Shown piece after piece: positions 38,113 through 48,409 of a stretch of DNA of 64,000 bases. The position numbers and the translations under genes were made by a program. Under the pieces are notes generated by a model that searched no databases, was not told where the DNA came from, and saw only the letters and a program-made list of their open reading frames with translations. How positions within the stretch are numbered: position 1 is the stretch's first letter; each line of letters begins with the position of its first letter. Source of the DNA: a virus. Its lineage: Duplodnaviria; Caudoviricetes. The stretch is taken from positions 142,291 to 206,290 of the IMG/VR virus record IMGVR_UViG_3300044551_000092. One strand, written 5' to 3'.

Positions 38113-39051
38113 TTAACGTAATAATAATTCATCACCGTATCCACTGTTTTGTAAGTCTTGTAAGAATGGACGAAGTTTTTTTACCTGTTGTACAAAAACG
38201 GTATTTTCTTGTTCCTGTTGATTCATCCAATTTTCTATTAAAGCAAAGTCTGTATAAGTCGCATAATCTCCACCGTGATCACTTACCGTGTTATCTCTTG
38301 AATCACTATAAAAATATGACTCAGGATCTCCGAGGGAACCAATTATTATTATTCTTTCATTCATAAGTGTATTTAACTTAAGCAAAAAAATAGCTTTAGG
38401 TGTGTCCATATTAGCGATAGAATTAAATCGAATAAAAACTTGATCATAACATATTTCTAAATGATCTCCACTTATCCTATTAATTTCATGACTATTTGGA
38501 TTATTAAGGTCTTTATAGATAAATGCATCTGGCCATTTAAATTTCATATCTAAGTCGTTGAGATTAGCGTTGAGAAATGCAAACTTTATATGTATGCTAT
38601 CTTCATCTTTTGAAGGAAATGAATAATATGTCACCGTCGGTCGGCAAGATCGTAATAATGAATACTTTTCTTGTTTTTTCTTTTGTTCTATCTGATAAAA
38701 AATCATAAGAGCTGAAGCAAAAATAGATATAATAGTAGCCGTGCTAGTATAAATTGCGGAAACAATAGAATTATTATTCTCATTTGAACTATAGAAAAAA
38801 TAATTTACTATAAAAAAAGAAACAGTGTAAACAAGTAAAAAAACGAGAGCCATTCCAGTTATAATAAGACATAATGTTAATAAATTGAATCCAAAATCTG
38901 GTTTAGACTTTTTTCTGCTTTTTAAATCATTTATTAGATTTTTTTGTAATTTCTTTATGCTTTTAAAAAGAGTTATATCATAATTAATAGCAAACCAGAA
39001 AAACGAAAAAAGAACTATCATGATAAATGTTGCAAGAGTCAATTTAACCAT
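38113..39051 (-). CDS. Three-TM membrane protein with C-terminal soluble domain
   Basis: Three hydrophobic segments in the N-terminal 120 aa; very AT-rich; RBS AAGGCGG. Confidence 0.6.
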   Translation of the reverse strand: MVKLTLATFIMIVLFSFFWFAINYDITLFKSIKKLQKNLINDLKSRKKSKPDFGFNLLTLCLIITGMALVFLLVYTVSFFIVNYFFYSSNENNNSIVSAIYTSTATIISIFASALMIFYQIEQKKKQEKYSLLRSCRPTVTYYSFPSKDEDSIHIKFAFLNANLNDLDMKFKWPDAFIYKDLNNPNSHEINRISGDHLEICYDQVFIRFNSIANMDTPKAIFLLKLNTLMNERIIIIGSLGDPESYFYSDSRDNTVSDHGGDYATYTDFALIENWMNQQEQENTVFVQQVKKLRPFLQDLQNSGYGDELLLR

Positions 39052-39081
39052 GTTATTATCCGCCTTAATTCATATTTTGAC

Positions 39082-42000
39082 TCACAGTATTAATTGAGAA
39101 ACTTGTTCTTCATACTTTGGCAAATGATCCACGATATCCAATGTGTTTAAGGATACCGTAATGATCTGTAAAAGTAGGTTAAAAATGTATTTTGGATCAT
39201 TGGAATAGTCATTTGGGTCGTCAGTAATTCCACTCTTTTTGTCTGTTTTTACTTGATATTGATCCAGGATCCATTCGATGGCCGGTCGGCCGTTGACCAC
39301 ATAATCATAAGCGCGATCCGGGATATTATGTATTTTAATATCGGTATTGTAGACAATCGTTGAGAGGTCTCCTCTGTGCGGGTGCTTCATCTTTTTGACG
39401 CGATAGGATGGATTGTCTTTAGCCTCGATCGTAACACCGTCATAGGGTTCTGCGTTCTCATAGTTCAAATGCAGGTCTGCTAGCTTTCGGCCGGCCTCAG
39501 ACCACGCCTCTGGATACTTTAAAATGGGAATTCTGGCAATATCTTTTTTCAAGTCATTCTGATACTTCTCTCGGTAAACCTTTGAATGCAATACCCCATA
39601 GACATAATAAAACGTGTCGTCGATAGATAGGCCAAGTTTATCAGCAAACTCATGTGAGAGATTGTCTTTGCCGGTATCAAACAGCGTAAGGTTATTGCTC
39701 TTTTCGTTATCATAGCGCATAAAGCCTTGACCCGTGTCCATCATATGAAGATTCGGAATAATATCTGTAATAATTGCAGAAAAAGGTCGTACTGCTCCTC
39801 GGCCCGTTGTATAAATAACAAAATTTTGTTTGCCAAATTTCTTGTAATATAAACGAGGTTCTTCTATTACATTTTCATCGTAGAAAAGCCATTTTTTAGT
39901 GAATGGTCGATACATACTCAATACAATTTTTTGTCTATTAAAATTTAATAAATCGCCGTGCTTAAACCTTTTTTCAAGTTTTCTAGTCCATTTAATATAA
40001 TGCTCATTTCTATTAGCGATTTTTAATTTAACCGAAGATGTAAATTTATTTGTCTTTTGAACTTCCAGATTATAATTACTAATCATTTTAGATATATTAT
40101 TTAACATTTTATCTTTATTAAACCCGTATACCCATGAATCTCGATTTGTTGTTACACCCAAAGCGTTGTTATTAAAAATTGATGTTTTGTTCTTTTCCGA
40201 TAGTGAAATAAATTTTTGATAGTGTTCATTACGTTGATTTAACCAATCATTATTTTTATCTGGCTGTATTATTTTCCAATTAATATTTTTAATAGACTGT
40301 TTTGCATGTAGAATACTTAACTTTTGATCCCGATCCAGATAATCACCAATATCATGATAATAAAGCTGATGATTAGGCGAACCATCTTTTACAAGAATGC
40401 TAATAGCTACCGGCGCCCGGCTACCAGAGCCAAAGATCTTTCCACCTTCTTTTCTGGATTGTTCTCCCTGAGTGCGCTGATTTCCTCTTAAATTAAAGAC
40501 ATACAAATAGTTAAACTCGTCATATAAACATTTTCTCAGACCATCTGCAGCTTTTGAATCAAGATAGCTGCCATTGGTAACGAAACCAATCACACCTTGC
40601 TCCTTAATACGGTCTGTAGCCCAGCGAAAAGCTTTGATATAACTATCGTATACCCCCTTACTCAAACCGGATTTACTATATTTTACATATGTATTTTCAA
40701 TCTCTTCTTCAAGTTTTGGATAATGCTGATTTTGTCGATTATCATTTTGATTTTGCTGGCCAACAGAATAAGGCGGATTACTGATAATGGCAAAGATTGG
40801 TTGCTGTTGCTGTTTACGTAGGCGAGAGTCATTTTCATTGAATAACTGATCTGCAAACGAGTCCTCTTTTTCTGTGCTTTCAAATGTGTCAGTCAAAACA
40901 ATGCCCTTAAACTGGCGATACTTGTCTGGCATCAGATCATGGAAAACCTGCTCAATGTTAATTGCTGCGATGTAATACGAAAGCAAGATAATCTCGTTAG
41001 CGTGCATTTCTTGTGTGTATTTTCGCAACAAGTCTTCAGGTTTAATGACGCCGACTTGCAGCAGCCGGGTCATAAAAGTACCAGTCCCCACAAATGGGTC
41101 AAGAATATGGATGCCCTTATCAGAAAGTGTCAAATTAAAGTATTTCTTTAATGTGTCATTAACACTATTGATGATAAAGTCAACCACTTCAACCGGCGTA
41201 AAGACAACGCCTAAGCGTGCTGTAGTATCAGAGAATGCATTTTTAAAGAAGTCATTATAGAGTTCGAGAATGACTTTTTGCTTGCCGGCGGCATTGTCGA
41301 TCCCAGAAGCACGGAGCTTCACGCTCTCATAGAATTTATCCAGTGATTTCTGCTCGGTCTCAAGAGCTTGATTATTTAAGGCTTTAATCATCCGTTCCAT
41401 CGCTTTGGAAACAGGATTCTGATTAATAAAGCTGGTCTGGTCGAATAACGCCTGAAAAACCGGCTTGGTAATGAGATGCTGCGAGAGCATCTGAATGGCT
41501 TGTCGCTCGTCAATACCGGCATTAATATTGTGCTTAAGACTTTTTAAGAAGATATCGAAGGCTTTAGCAATCTTTTTGTCCTTTTCAACAAGCCCCTGAA
41601 TGCGTATAAAATGCTGCTGAGCGATCTTGGCCACGTCGCTTGACCAGCTTTCCCAGTAGCGACGGCTGCCAACTTTCTTAACGATCTTGCCGTAAATGGC
41701 ATTCTGACATTCTTTCCAGTCAAGATTCCATTCAAGTTGTTGATCTTCTTTGTCTTTTGGATTATTGGGTACTCCAGTTTCATTACTGGTATCTTTGACT
41801 TTTTCTCCACCAATCCCAATAAGATCAACATTCTTGGGTTTACTATTATTCAATTCAATTTTGTTAATGATGGAATCAAAACGTTCATCATGTGCTCGGA
41901 GTGCCTGTAGGACTTTCCAGACAACCTGATAAGCGTCGTTATTATCAAGGACTTCTTTAGGATCTGTAATTGACGGGACACCGATCGGCAGAATGATATA

Positions 42001-43767
42001 ACCGTACTTCTTGCCTTCGGCCTTACGCATCACACGGCCGACCGCCTGAATAATATCCACTTCAGATTTTCTAGGGTTCAAAAATAGAATAGCATCCAGT
42101 TCCGGTATATCAATGCCTTCAGTCAGGCAGCGGGCATTGGATAAGATGCGGCATTCATTACGATTGACGTTGCCCTTCAGCCAATCAATGCACCGATTGC
42201 GTTTTAAGGCATTAAATGAGCCATCTACGTGTTGAACTTCACACTGCAATACGTCATCTGAACCGGTCGTATTTATGTATTCACTGATCGTCGATTGAAA
42301 TTCTTGAGCAATCTGTTTTGATGCTGCAATCGACTGGGTAAAGGCAACGGCCCGATGCATCGGTTCCCCAGATGTCTCCGGTCGATTTGGTTTCCGTTTA
42401 ATCAGGCCGTTCCAGCAACCTATAATCTTAGCAACATCGCCCAGCCTAAGTTCTGAGTCGTTATTAGACAGAATGTGTTGAAAGGTGCGGGAGACATAAT
42501 GCTCGTCAACACCAAGCACCATGACTTTATAGTCAGAGAGGATGTCTCGCTCCACGGCCTCGCCAAAAGTCAACCGATAAAATTCTTTGCCGTAAATGCT
42601 CTCGTCGTCCATTGAAGCAAGGATAATATCTTTTTCTGTTGCTTTGTCCTTAGTCTCCGGTTTATAGATGCGCGGCGTTGCCGTCTGATAAAGCCGCTTA
42701 TTACCTTGAATATATTCGTTATAATGAACCTTGGTAAACGAACTCTCGTCTTCATCTGAGAGCTTCGCACCCGTTGTCCGATGGGCCTCATCACAAATAA
42801 TTAGATCAAAGGGTCCCAATCCTTTATTCTGAGCGCGGCTAATCACATCAATGGATTGATAAGTCGAAAAGAAGACGCTCATATCGGGTGCTATAGCACG
42901 GCTTCTGGTTCGATTAACATAATCCAACAGCTTATCCGTATCAGTCGTTGACTGAAAGCCAATATCGACGCTACGCAAGTCCTCGTCTCTTTTGGTTACC
43001 TTACGGTCTGAACAGATAGCAAACGTTTGCATATTTAAGCTGGTATCATTTGTCCAGCCTTTTAACGTCTGAGAGAGTAATGACAAAGACGGGACTAAAT
43101 ACAGAACACGGTACGGCCGGCAAAGCTGCGCAAGCTTTTCCATTGTTTCAGCAATTTTCAGGCTGGTATACGTTTTACCTGTTCCACAAGCCATAATTAG
43201 CTTACCACGATCCGATGTTTTAAAGCCTTTTACCGTCGCTTCAATCGCCTTACGCTGATAACTACGCGGCTGTTTATCTGATTTAATTTGCATCAATGAA
43301 GGCCGATCGAGTGAGTAGTCTTCCCAGTTGACCTTACTGTTACGCAAATCACTCAGGCTAAGACGAACAACCGGTTTATCACGGTTATCTAGTGCATCTT
43401 CGGCATTTTTTCCCCACCTATCAGTGGTTGAAACAATAATGCCATCTGAATATTTCCGCTTACCCATTTCAGTAAAGAATGAATCAATATCTTCTTTATA
43501 AATAGTCTTATTGGCAGCATAAAATTTACATTGAATGGCTGTATATCGGCCGGTTTGAATATTTTCGGCAACCAAATCCACACCGGTGTCATTTTTGGCG
43601 ACATCATCAGGAGCATCTTTAAGCATCCATACATGGCTAAACAATTGCTGGAAGCGCGGTTCGTGTTTAAAATAGGCGACCATCAGTTCTTCAAATAATG
43701 TCCCTCTGTCGCGTTGAGCTTTTGCATCCAGTGTTTCCAATACCCGGTCGAATGAATCTGCCATCAA
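39082..43767 (-). CDS. Type ISP restriction-modification enzyme (LlaGI/LlaBIII-like)
   Basis: Mrr-like DTGVD..AIQCK nuclease; MACGTGKT and DEAHRT SF2 helicase; LDPFVGTG and NPPY N6-adenine MTase; C-terminal TRD; 1561 aa. Confidence 0.92.
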   Translation of the reverse strand: MMADSFDRVLETLDAKAQRDRGTLFEELMVAYFKHEPRFQQLFSHVWMLKDAPDDVAKNDTGVDLVAENIQTGRYTAIQCKFYAANKTIYKEDIDSFFTEMGKRKYSDGIIVSTTDRWGKNAEDALDNRDKPVVRLSLSDLRNSKVNWEDYSLDRPSLMQIKSDKQPRSYQRKAIEATVKGFKTSDRGKLIMACGTGKTYTSLKIAETMEKLAQLCRPYRVLYLVPSLSLLSQTLKGWTNDTSLNMQTFAICSDRKVTKRDEDLRSVDIGFQSTTDTDKLLDYVNRTRSRAIAPDMSVFFSTYQSIDVISRAQNKGLGPFDLIICDEAHRTTGAKLSDEDESSFTKVHYNEYIQGNKRLYQTATPRIYKPETKDKATEKDIILASMDDESIYGKEFYRLTFGEAVERDILSDYKVMVLGVDEHYVSRTFQHILSNNDSELRLGDVAKIIGCWNGLIKRKPNRPETSGEPMHRAVAFTQSIAASKQIAQEFQSTISEYINTTGSDDVLQCEVQHVDGSFNALKRNRCIDWLKGNVNRNECRILSNARCLTEGIDIPELDAILFLNPRKSEVDIIQAVGRVMRKAEGKKYGYIILPIGVPSITDPKEVLDNNDAYQVVWKVLQALRAHDERFDSIINKIELNNSKPKNVDLIGIGGEKVKDTSNETGVPNNPKDKEDQQLEWNLDWKECQNAIYGKIVKKVGSRRYWESWSSDVAKIAQQHFIRIQGLVEKDKKIAKAFDIFLKSLKHNINAGIDERQAIQMLSQHLITKPVFQALFDQTSFINQNPVSKAMERMIKALNNQALETEQKSLDKFYESVKLRASGIDNAAGKQKVILELYNDFFKNAFSDTTARLGVVFTPVEVVDFIINSVNDTLKKYFNLTLSDKGIHILDPFVGTGTFMTRLLQVGVIKPEDLLRKYTQEMHANEIILLSYYIAAINIEQVFHDLMPDKYRQFKGIVLTDTFESTEKEDSFADQLFNENDSRLRKQQQQPIFAIISNPPYSVGQQNQNDNRQNQHYPKLEEEIENTYVKYSKSGLSKGVYDSYIKAFRWATDRIKEQGVIGFVTNGSYLDSKAADGLRKCLYDEFNYLYVFNLRGNQRTQGEQSRKEGGKIFGSGSRAPVAISILVKDGSPNHQLYYHDIGDYLDRDQKLSILHAKQSIKNINWKIIQPDKNNDWLNQRNEHYQKFISLSEKNKTSIFNNNALGVTTNRDSWVYGFNKDKMLNNISKMISNYNLEVQKTNKFTSSVKLKIANRNEHYIKWTRKLEKRFKHGDLLNFNRQKIVLSMYRPFTKKWLFYDENVIEEPRLYYKKFGKQNFVIYTTGRGAVRPFSAIITDIIPNLHMMDTGQGFMRYDNEKSNNLTLFDTGKDNLSHEFADKLGLSIDDTFYYVYGVLHSKVYREKYQNDLKKDIARIPILKYPEAWSEAGRKLADLHLNYENAEPYDGVTIEAKDNPSYRVKKMKHPHRGDLSTIVYNTDIKIHNIPDRAYDYVVNGRPAIEWILDQYQVKTDKKSGITDDPNDYSNDPKYIFNLLLQIITVSLNTLDIVDHLPKYEEQVSQLIL

Positions 43768-43971
43768 AAGACTTCCCCCTATTTTAAGCTAAATCCAAAT
43801 AGAACTATTTTTATTATACCGAGTACAATTTTTATTGCCAGTAATTTAACATATTTATCCATTTAACCATATTAAGGGTTCTTTTTGTGCTGTTTTATAT
43901 ATTCTTTTGGATTTTGGTTCTTAAAGAGAATATACTAACAATAAACAAACAATAATTGGAGGCGATGAAAG

Positions 43972-44319
43972 GTGCAAACATTCCTGACAAAGGAACGTGC
44001 CATATTAAAAGTATGCCTAATCCACGAAATTGAAAAAAGCCCTTCCTATGGATGGGCTTATCACTCAACGATCGCTGAACAGATCCCTGGATTTAAACCA
44101 AGTAAATCTGAGATATATAAATCACTTCATGAATTAGCAGCAGCTGATATTGTTAAGCGCTCAAGGAGAAAAAGAAATGACGAGGGATTGCAGGAAATTA
44201 TTGTTTATACATTCACATCTGGAGGCTATGCCAAAGCACAAAGATATAAAAAATTAGTTTATGATGACCTGATTAGGAGTCAAACTATGATAAAGCACTT
44301 CTTAAGTACGATTTTTTAA
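43972..44319 (+). CDS. rtp: Replication terminator protein homologue
   Basis: FL.K.RA.LK, GFKP...E.Y.SLHEL, LQE...Y.F, A..YKK align by eye with B. subtilis RTP over the full length. Confidence 0.8.
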   Translation: MQTFLTKERAILKVCLIHEIEKSPSYGWAYHSTIAEQIPGFKPSKSEIYKSLHELAAADIVKRSRRKRNDEGLQEIIVYTFTSGGYAKAQRYKKLVYDDLIRSQTMIKHFLSTIF

Positions 44320-44329
44320 GTACCCCCCC

Positions 44330-45538
44330 CTATCTTCTATTTCCGAAGTATATTTTTTTTGCTTTTTTTTCTATTGCCGGGAATTCTTTTTGGATATAAT
44401 AATAATCAAATTCAGGCATTTGATGATCTTCAAAATAATCTCTTAATCGGCCTTGAAGCCACCAATCTGGATAAACTTCACGGTTATCGATATTTCTGAC
44501 ATTTTTTCTCTCGCAATAATCTAGAGCTAATTTCTGAAAGCGTTGCCGCTTTTTTTCTTCTTCAGTTAATGAATGATCATCCGGTTTAGTAGAAGGAACG
44601 GGTTCATCAGCATCTTGATCTTTTTCAGTTGGTACTAAAGCATAATTATTTTTAATAGCAGCTACAATAAAAGCAGCTAAATTTTTAATTTTTGTTTGTT
44701 TTTTTAAACTAAATTGTAAATTGGCCTGGATTACATATGAATCATATTTCTTAACCAGAGCTGCAGCTTGGAATCTGTCCACCCCACACTTTTCCAATTC
44801 ATTAATTAAATCTTGATTAACCAAAGTTTTTATTTTTTTTGGCTTTTCCTGTACATGAAAAATAAATCCAATAATTCGTCGGCTTTCTTTTACGTCTTCG
44901 TATGAAAATGTAATATCTGTTAATTCGTTAATATGTTTCTGTGCATCGTTTAGTATCCGCAATTTGAAATGGCTGACACGTTTATATTTGGTTTTTGGTA
45001 GCATAAGTATTTCTCGTAAATCCTTTATTGTCATTGAAAAAGCGCGCTGAAATTCGTGTTCCTTCAAAAGTTCATAAATAACCATATCATAAGGTGAGCT
45101 GAGCCGCAGGATATGTTTGAGTTGAAATTTATAATAATGATCTTTTAAATTTAATAAATACGGTTTCAATTTATCTGTAAATCTTAAAATAACTTCGCCA
45201 TCATCATATTCTGAATAATCGGCCCAGTTAATATATTTTTCTTTCTTCCCTTCTGTAATCCTAACCACTTTGGTCTGCAGACCGAGAACGGTTTTTTTAA
45301 CTTGCTCATAATAATTTTTAGATTTGATGCCTAAGATATTAGCAATTCGTTTAACACTCATTTTTTTAAATTTAAACTCATTATCTTTTGGACCGATGTC
45401 GGCAATAAATATATAAATGATCCGTCGTTCGTCCAGCGTCAAATCCTGCACGGTTTCGATTAATTGATTGGATTTTTTTACTAGGTTATTCTCGCTAATT
45501 GTGACAGGAAGTACTTCATGTTCGAGTGATGCGACCAT
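44330..45538 (-). CDS. Rep_3-family plasmid replication initiator
   Basis: VKKSNQLIE..LTLDERR, LKPYLLNLK..Y, LSSPY...YELLK, LRE.L....Y.....FK.RIL..A...IN..TD; RBS GAGGAG. Confidence 0.9.
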   Translation of the reverse strand: MVASLEHEVLPVTISENNLVKKSNQLIETVQDLTLDERRIIYIFIADIGPKDNEFKFKKMSVKRIANILGIKSKNYYEQVKKTVLGLQTKVVRITEGKKEKYINWADYSEYDDGEVILRFTDKLKPYLLNLKDHYYKFQLKHILRLSSPYDMVIYELLKEHEFQRAFSMTIKDLREILMLPKTKYKRVSHFKLRILNDAQKHINELTDITFSYEDVKESRRIIGFIFHVQEKPKKIKTLVNQDLINELEKCGVDRFQAAALVKKYDSYVIQANLQFSLKKQTKIKNLAAFIVAAIKNNYALVPTEKDQDADEPVPSTKPDDHSLTEEEKKRQRFQKLALDYCERKNVRNIDNREVYPDWWLQGRLRDYFEDHQMPEFDYYYIQKEFPAIEKKAKKIYFGNRR

Positions 45539-45598
45539 ATATAAGACTCCTCGACTGGTTCTTGTTTCCATTATAAATTTAATAGAAAAAACGTGCTA

Positions 45599-46126
45599 CT
45601 CCTTTATTTGTGGCCTTTCAGATAATTTGACAGCATGTTGCAATTTATTACAAATATTAAGAGATTGCAAGTATTAATGTTTAAGAGGGGCGGAAAGCCT
45701 TGATACAATTGGGCTGAGAGATTTAAAGGCCACAAATAGGGGGCGAAATGCCACAAATATAGGGTTAAGAGCCACGGATATAAGGTGAATTGCCACTGAT
45801 TAAGGGCTAAATATCACATTTAAAGGGGGAAAATGCCACAGATAAGGGGTAAGTGCCACAGATAAGGGGCGAAAGAAATCTACTTACTAAGAAATTTAAA
45901 AGCCACAGATAAGCTTCTTTCTAAATGATTAAATGCCACAAATAGGGGGCGATATCAATTAAAATGCCACAGATTTGGGGCGTACGTTTCCTTAAAAAGT
46001 AAATATCAGTTTTATAAAGCTTGTATTACCCCAAATCTGTGGCATTTAACTGACTCAACTGAAGAGTTGTCGCTTATTTGTAACGGTTCATGATTGATCT
46101 ATTCTAGTCGCCCCTTATTTGTGGCA
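45599..46126. repeat. Iteron array / plasmid replication origin
   Basis: Consensus GCCAC(A/G)(A/G)ATAAGGGG. Direct copies start at 45729, 45750, 45771, 45792, 45813, 45835, 45855 (about 21-bp period), 45902, 45935, 45966. Inverted copies end at 45614, 46043, 46125. Confidence 0.9.
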
Positions 46127-46265
46127 TTTAAAAAAGATGATATAGGAACTAAAAGTGTCCTTGATCATTTCTTTCTGATTCAACCTTGTCAACCCATTTT
46201 TTCAAACCTGATTTCTATCATTTTTACTATATTATAGCGTATTCCGTCTACTTTTTCAGATATTC

Positions 46266-46297
46266 AAAAGGCCTATAGCAATAAGTTATAGGCCCTT
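46266..46297 (-). terminator. Terminator of the minus-strand operon
   Basis: GGCCTATA-9 nt-TATAGGCC, followed by TTTT on the minus strand. Confidence 0.6.
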
Positions 46298-46316
46298 CTT
46301 AATTTTAAATTATTAT

Positions 46317-46967
46317 TTAAAGAATATGTTTGACAAAGAGTTGTGACCAGCTTTCCAACCGATCAAAATAAAATGATTTATTGAGTAAATCTTTTGTGAG
46401 CCACAATCCTTTAAGTGTATCCTTTTCTCGGACTTTGATAGCAACATCTAAAGCAATTTCAATAAGATAAATAATGCCTAAATGAACTTGCCCTACTGTA
46501 TTATTATCATCATTGACTAAACCAACAACTTTAGGCTTTAAAACATCCAACGAGATTGCCATATGATGAAAATTATTTTGAATAATAAGTTCTTCATTCA
46601 ATTCTCTAAAAAGGTTTTTACTAACAGCTTCGTCAATTGAGTCCTTTTCACCTGTATAGTTCATATGACCGCCGACACCAAGGGAGAGCTTATTAAAAAG
46701 CCGTGATTCTCCTCCTCCCTTCAATCGCTCATAGCTAAAATACTGGTCACCTTGTTTGATAATCGCATAAGGAATAAGCTGTTTAAACAACGGATCGTTC
46801 TCAGCAGGGCCACGTCGTCGAACTAGAAAAGCATCGTTCATGTTTTTCATAAAACGATTGATAATTTCTGATCTAGTTTCAACACCATTAAAATAAATTT
46901 CTTTATTGTCAAATAGATCTTCAACTGGGACACCAATAATTAACTCATTAGCTTTTTCAGGACTCAT
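46317..46967 (-). CDS. NUDIX-superfamily phosphoesterase (YmaB-like)
   Basis: AENDP..KQLIPY, ESRL..KLSLGVGGHMN, RELNEEL, VGQVHLG, LESWS. Confidence 0.8.
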   Translation of the reverse strand: MSPEKANELIIGVPVEDLFDNKEIYFNGVETRSEIINRFMKNMNDAFLVRRRGPAENDPLFKQLIPYAIIKQGDQYFSYERLKGGGESRLFNKLSLGVGGHMNYTGEKDSIDEAVSKNLFRELNEELIIQNNFHHMAISLDVLKPKVVGLVNDDNNTVGQVHLGIIYLIEIALDVAIKVREKDTLKGLWLTKDLLNKSFYFDRLESWSQLFVKHIL

Positions 46968-46972
46968 TAACT

Positions 46973-47203
46973 CTATCTCCTTAAACTTAGTGGTGGGATT
47001 TCTTCATGAATAAAATCAACAAATACTTTATCTTTTCTATTTTTCAACCAATTAATATAAGCGACATTTTCAGCACCATAATATCCTCGCCGTTTAGCCG
47101 CTGGTACTTGCTTTTGAAACATATCCCATAAAAAGATGTGCTCCCGTGGATGTAGCTGCGCAAATGTATTTGTGATAAAAATGGATCGATTAATATCAAT
47201 CAT
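46973..47203 (-). CDS. Hypothetical protein
   Basis: RBS AAGGAGG before ATG 47203. Confidence 0.55.
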   Translation of the reverse strand: MIDINRSIFITNTFAQLHPREHIFLWDMFQKQVPAAKRRGYYGAENVAYINWLKNRKDKVFVDFIHEEIPPLSLRR

Positions 47204-47921
47204 GACGACAACCTCCTTTTTGTATCTTATATTGATGATATTTCCCATGATTAATTTCAAGGCAGTTCAATTGATACCCAAAACAGCACCCACCATCTAT
47301 GCCGATTTTTAAGGAATTAAAATAAGGATCTGGAGAATTTTGCAAATTGATCGTTGGCGTATGACCAAAGACAACAATTTTCTTTTGCTCGTGGTTATTC
47401 GAAAGAAATGGTTCACGGTTCCATAAGAAGTCTTGACGAGAACTTTTTTTCCAATCGTAAAGAAAGGGATTAATCCCAGCGTGAACGAAGATGTGTTTCT
47501 CCCCTTCATAATACAGGGGAAGTCCAGTCAGAAAATGTACTATATTGCGATATTCTTCTTTAATGAATTCTGCCCACTTTATATATTTCTCAAAATAAAT
47601 GGGTTTATCAACAATCGTGGGAATGAAACTCTTAATAGTTTCCATACCCCCGTTCTGAAAATACATAACTCTTAGGTCATTGTCTTTCGGCAGGTTCAGA
47701 TACCTAAGAAACAAATCATCATGATTCCCTCTGATGGCAATAGCGCCATTCTGAACAAGTTCTGCGACTTTAAGAATAACTGGTTTGCTGTCTGGTCCGC
47801 GATCCATATAATCACCAAGAAGAATCAGCTGATCTTCCTTGGCATTATATTGTACCTTATTCAGCAGCTCCATAAACTCTTGATAACAGCCGTGAATATC
47901 GCTAATCACTAGTGTACGCAT
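47196..47921 (-). CDS. Metallophosphoesterase, Ser/Thr protein phosphatase type
   Basis: SDIHG, LGDYMDRGPDS, RGNHD, FVHAG, VFGHTP, IDGG. Confidence 0.9.
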   Translation of the reverse strand: MRTLVISDIHGCYQEFMELLNKVQYNAKEDQLILLGDYMDRGPDSKPVILKVAELVQNGAIAIRGNHDDLFLRYLNLPKDNDLRVMYFQNGGMETIKSFIPTIVDKPIYFEKYIKWAEFIKEEYRNIVHFLTGLPLYYEGEKHIFVHAGINPFLYDWKKSSRQDFLWNREPFLSNNHEQKKIVVFGHTPTINLQNSPDPYFNSLKIGIDGGCCFGYQLNCLEINHGKYHQYKIQKGGCRHD

Positions 47922-47927
47922 AAAACT

Positions 47928-48389
47928 TCACTCTCTTTTCACTTCAGGTACAATTAATTTCTCAGACATACAACGTGTCATTGTTGAAATGGCTAGAGCA
48001 AACATATAGCACGTGGAACTTAATGAAACCTCAGGCCGGCAGGTCACAACAATTTCATCACCATCAACAACTTTATAATCTGAATAAAAATAATTACTCA
48101 TAAAATAATGAACCTGTTTTTGAAACAATTGTTCGGAGATCTCCTGTCCTCTCATCCATAATTCTGAGTAAACATGGCCGTCATCAGTTAATGTCATATG
48201 CCCATCCGTATATTCGGTTAAGTAAAGACCGATGAAATCACTCATATCGTCCACAATGGGAACCTGAATTTCAAACGAGGTGGTTATATCTGGATTCTGT
48301 TTTAGATAATCGGTACCTTTGACTTCAATGACGGTAAACTTGATCCATTCGTCGTGTAATATATTTTTTACTTGAGCAAGCGTTAGCAT
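47928..48389 (-). CDS. DUF1828-like hypothetical protein
   Basis: I..P..D...D.I.LY......LTDDG....EL pattern. Confidence 0.5.
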   Translation of the reverse strand: MLTLAQVKNILHDEWIKFTVIEVKGTDYLKQNPDITTSFEIQVPIVDDMSDFIGLYLTEYTDGHMTLTDDGHVYSELWMRGQEISEQLFQKQVHYFMSNYFYSDYKVVDGDEIVVTCRPEVSLSSTCYMFALAISTMTRCMSEKLIVPEVKRE

Positions 48390-48409
48390 AGCCTTTACAC
48401 CACCATTTA

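Noticed and set aside
45729-45985. Iteron array as a CRISPR array (a Cas4-like gene is present)
   Set aside because: Period is about 21 bp with no unique 30-40 bp spacers, copies occur in both orientations next to rep, and there is no cas1/cas2.
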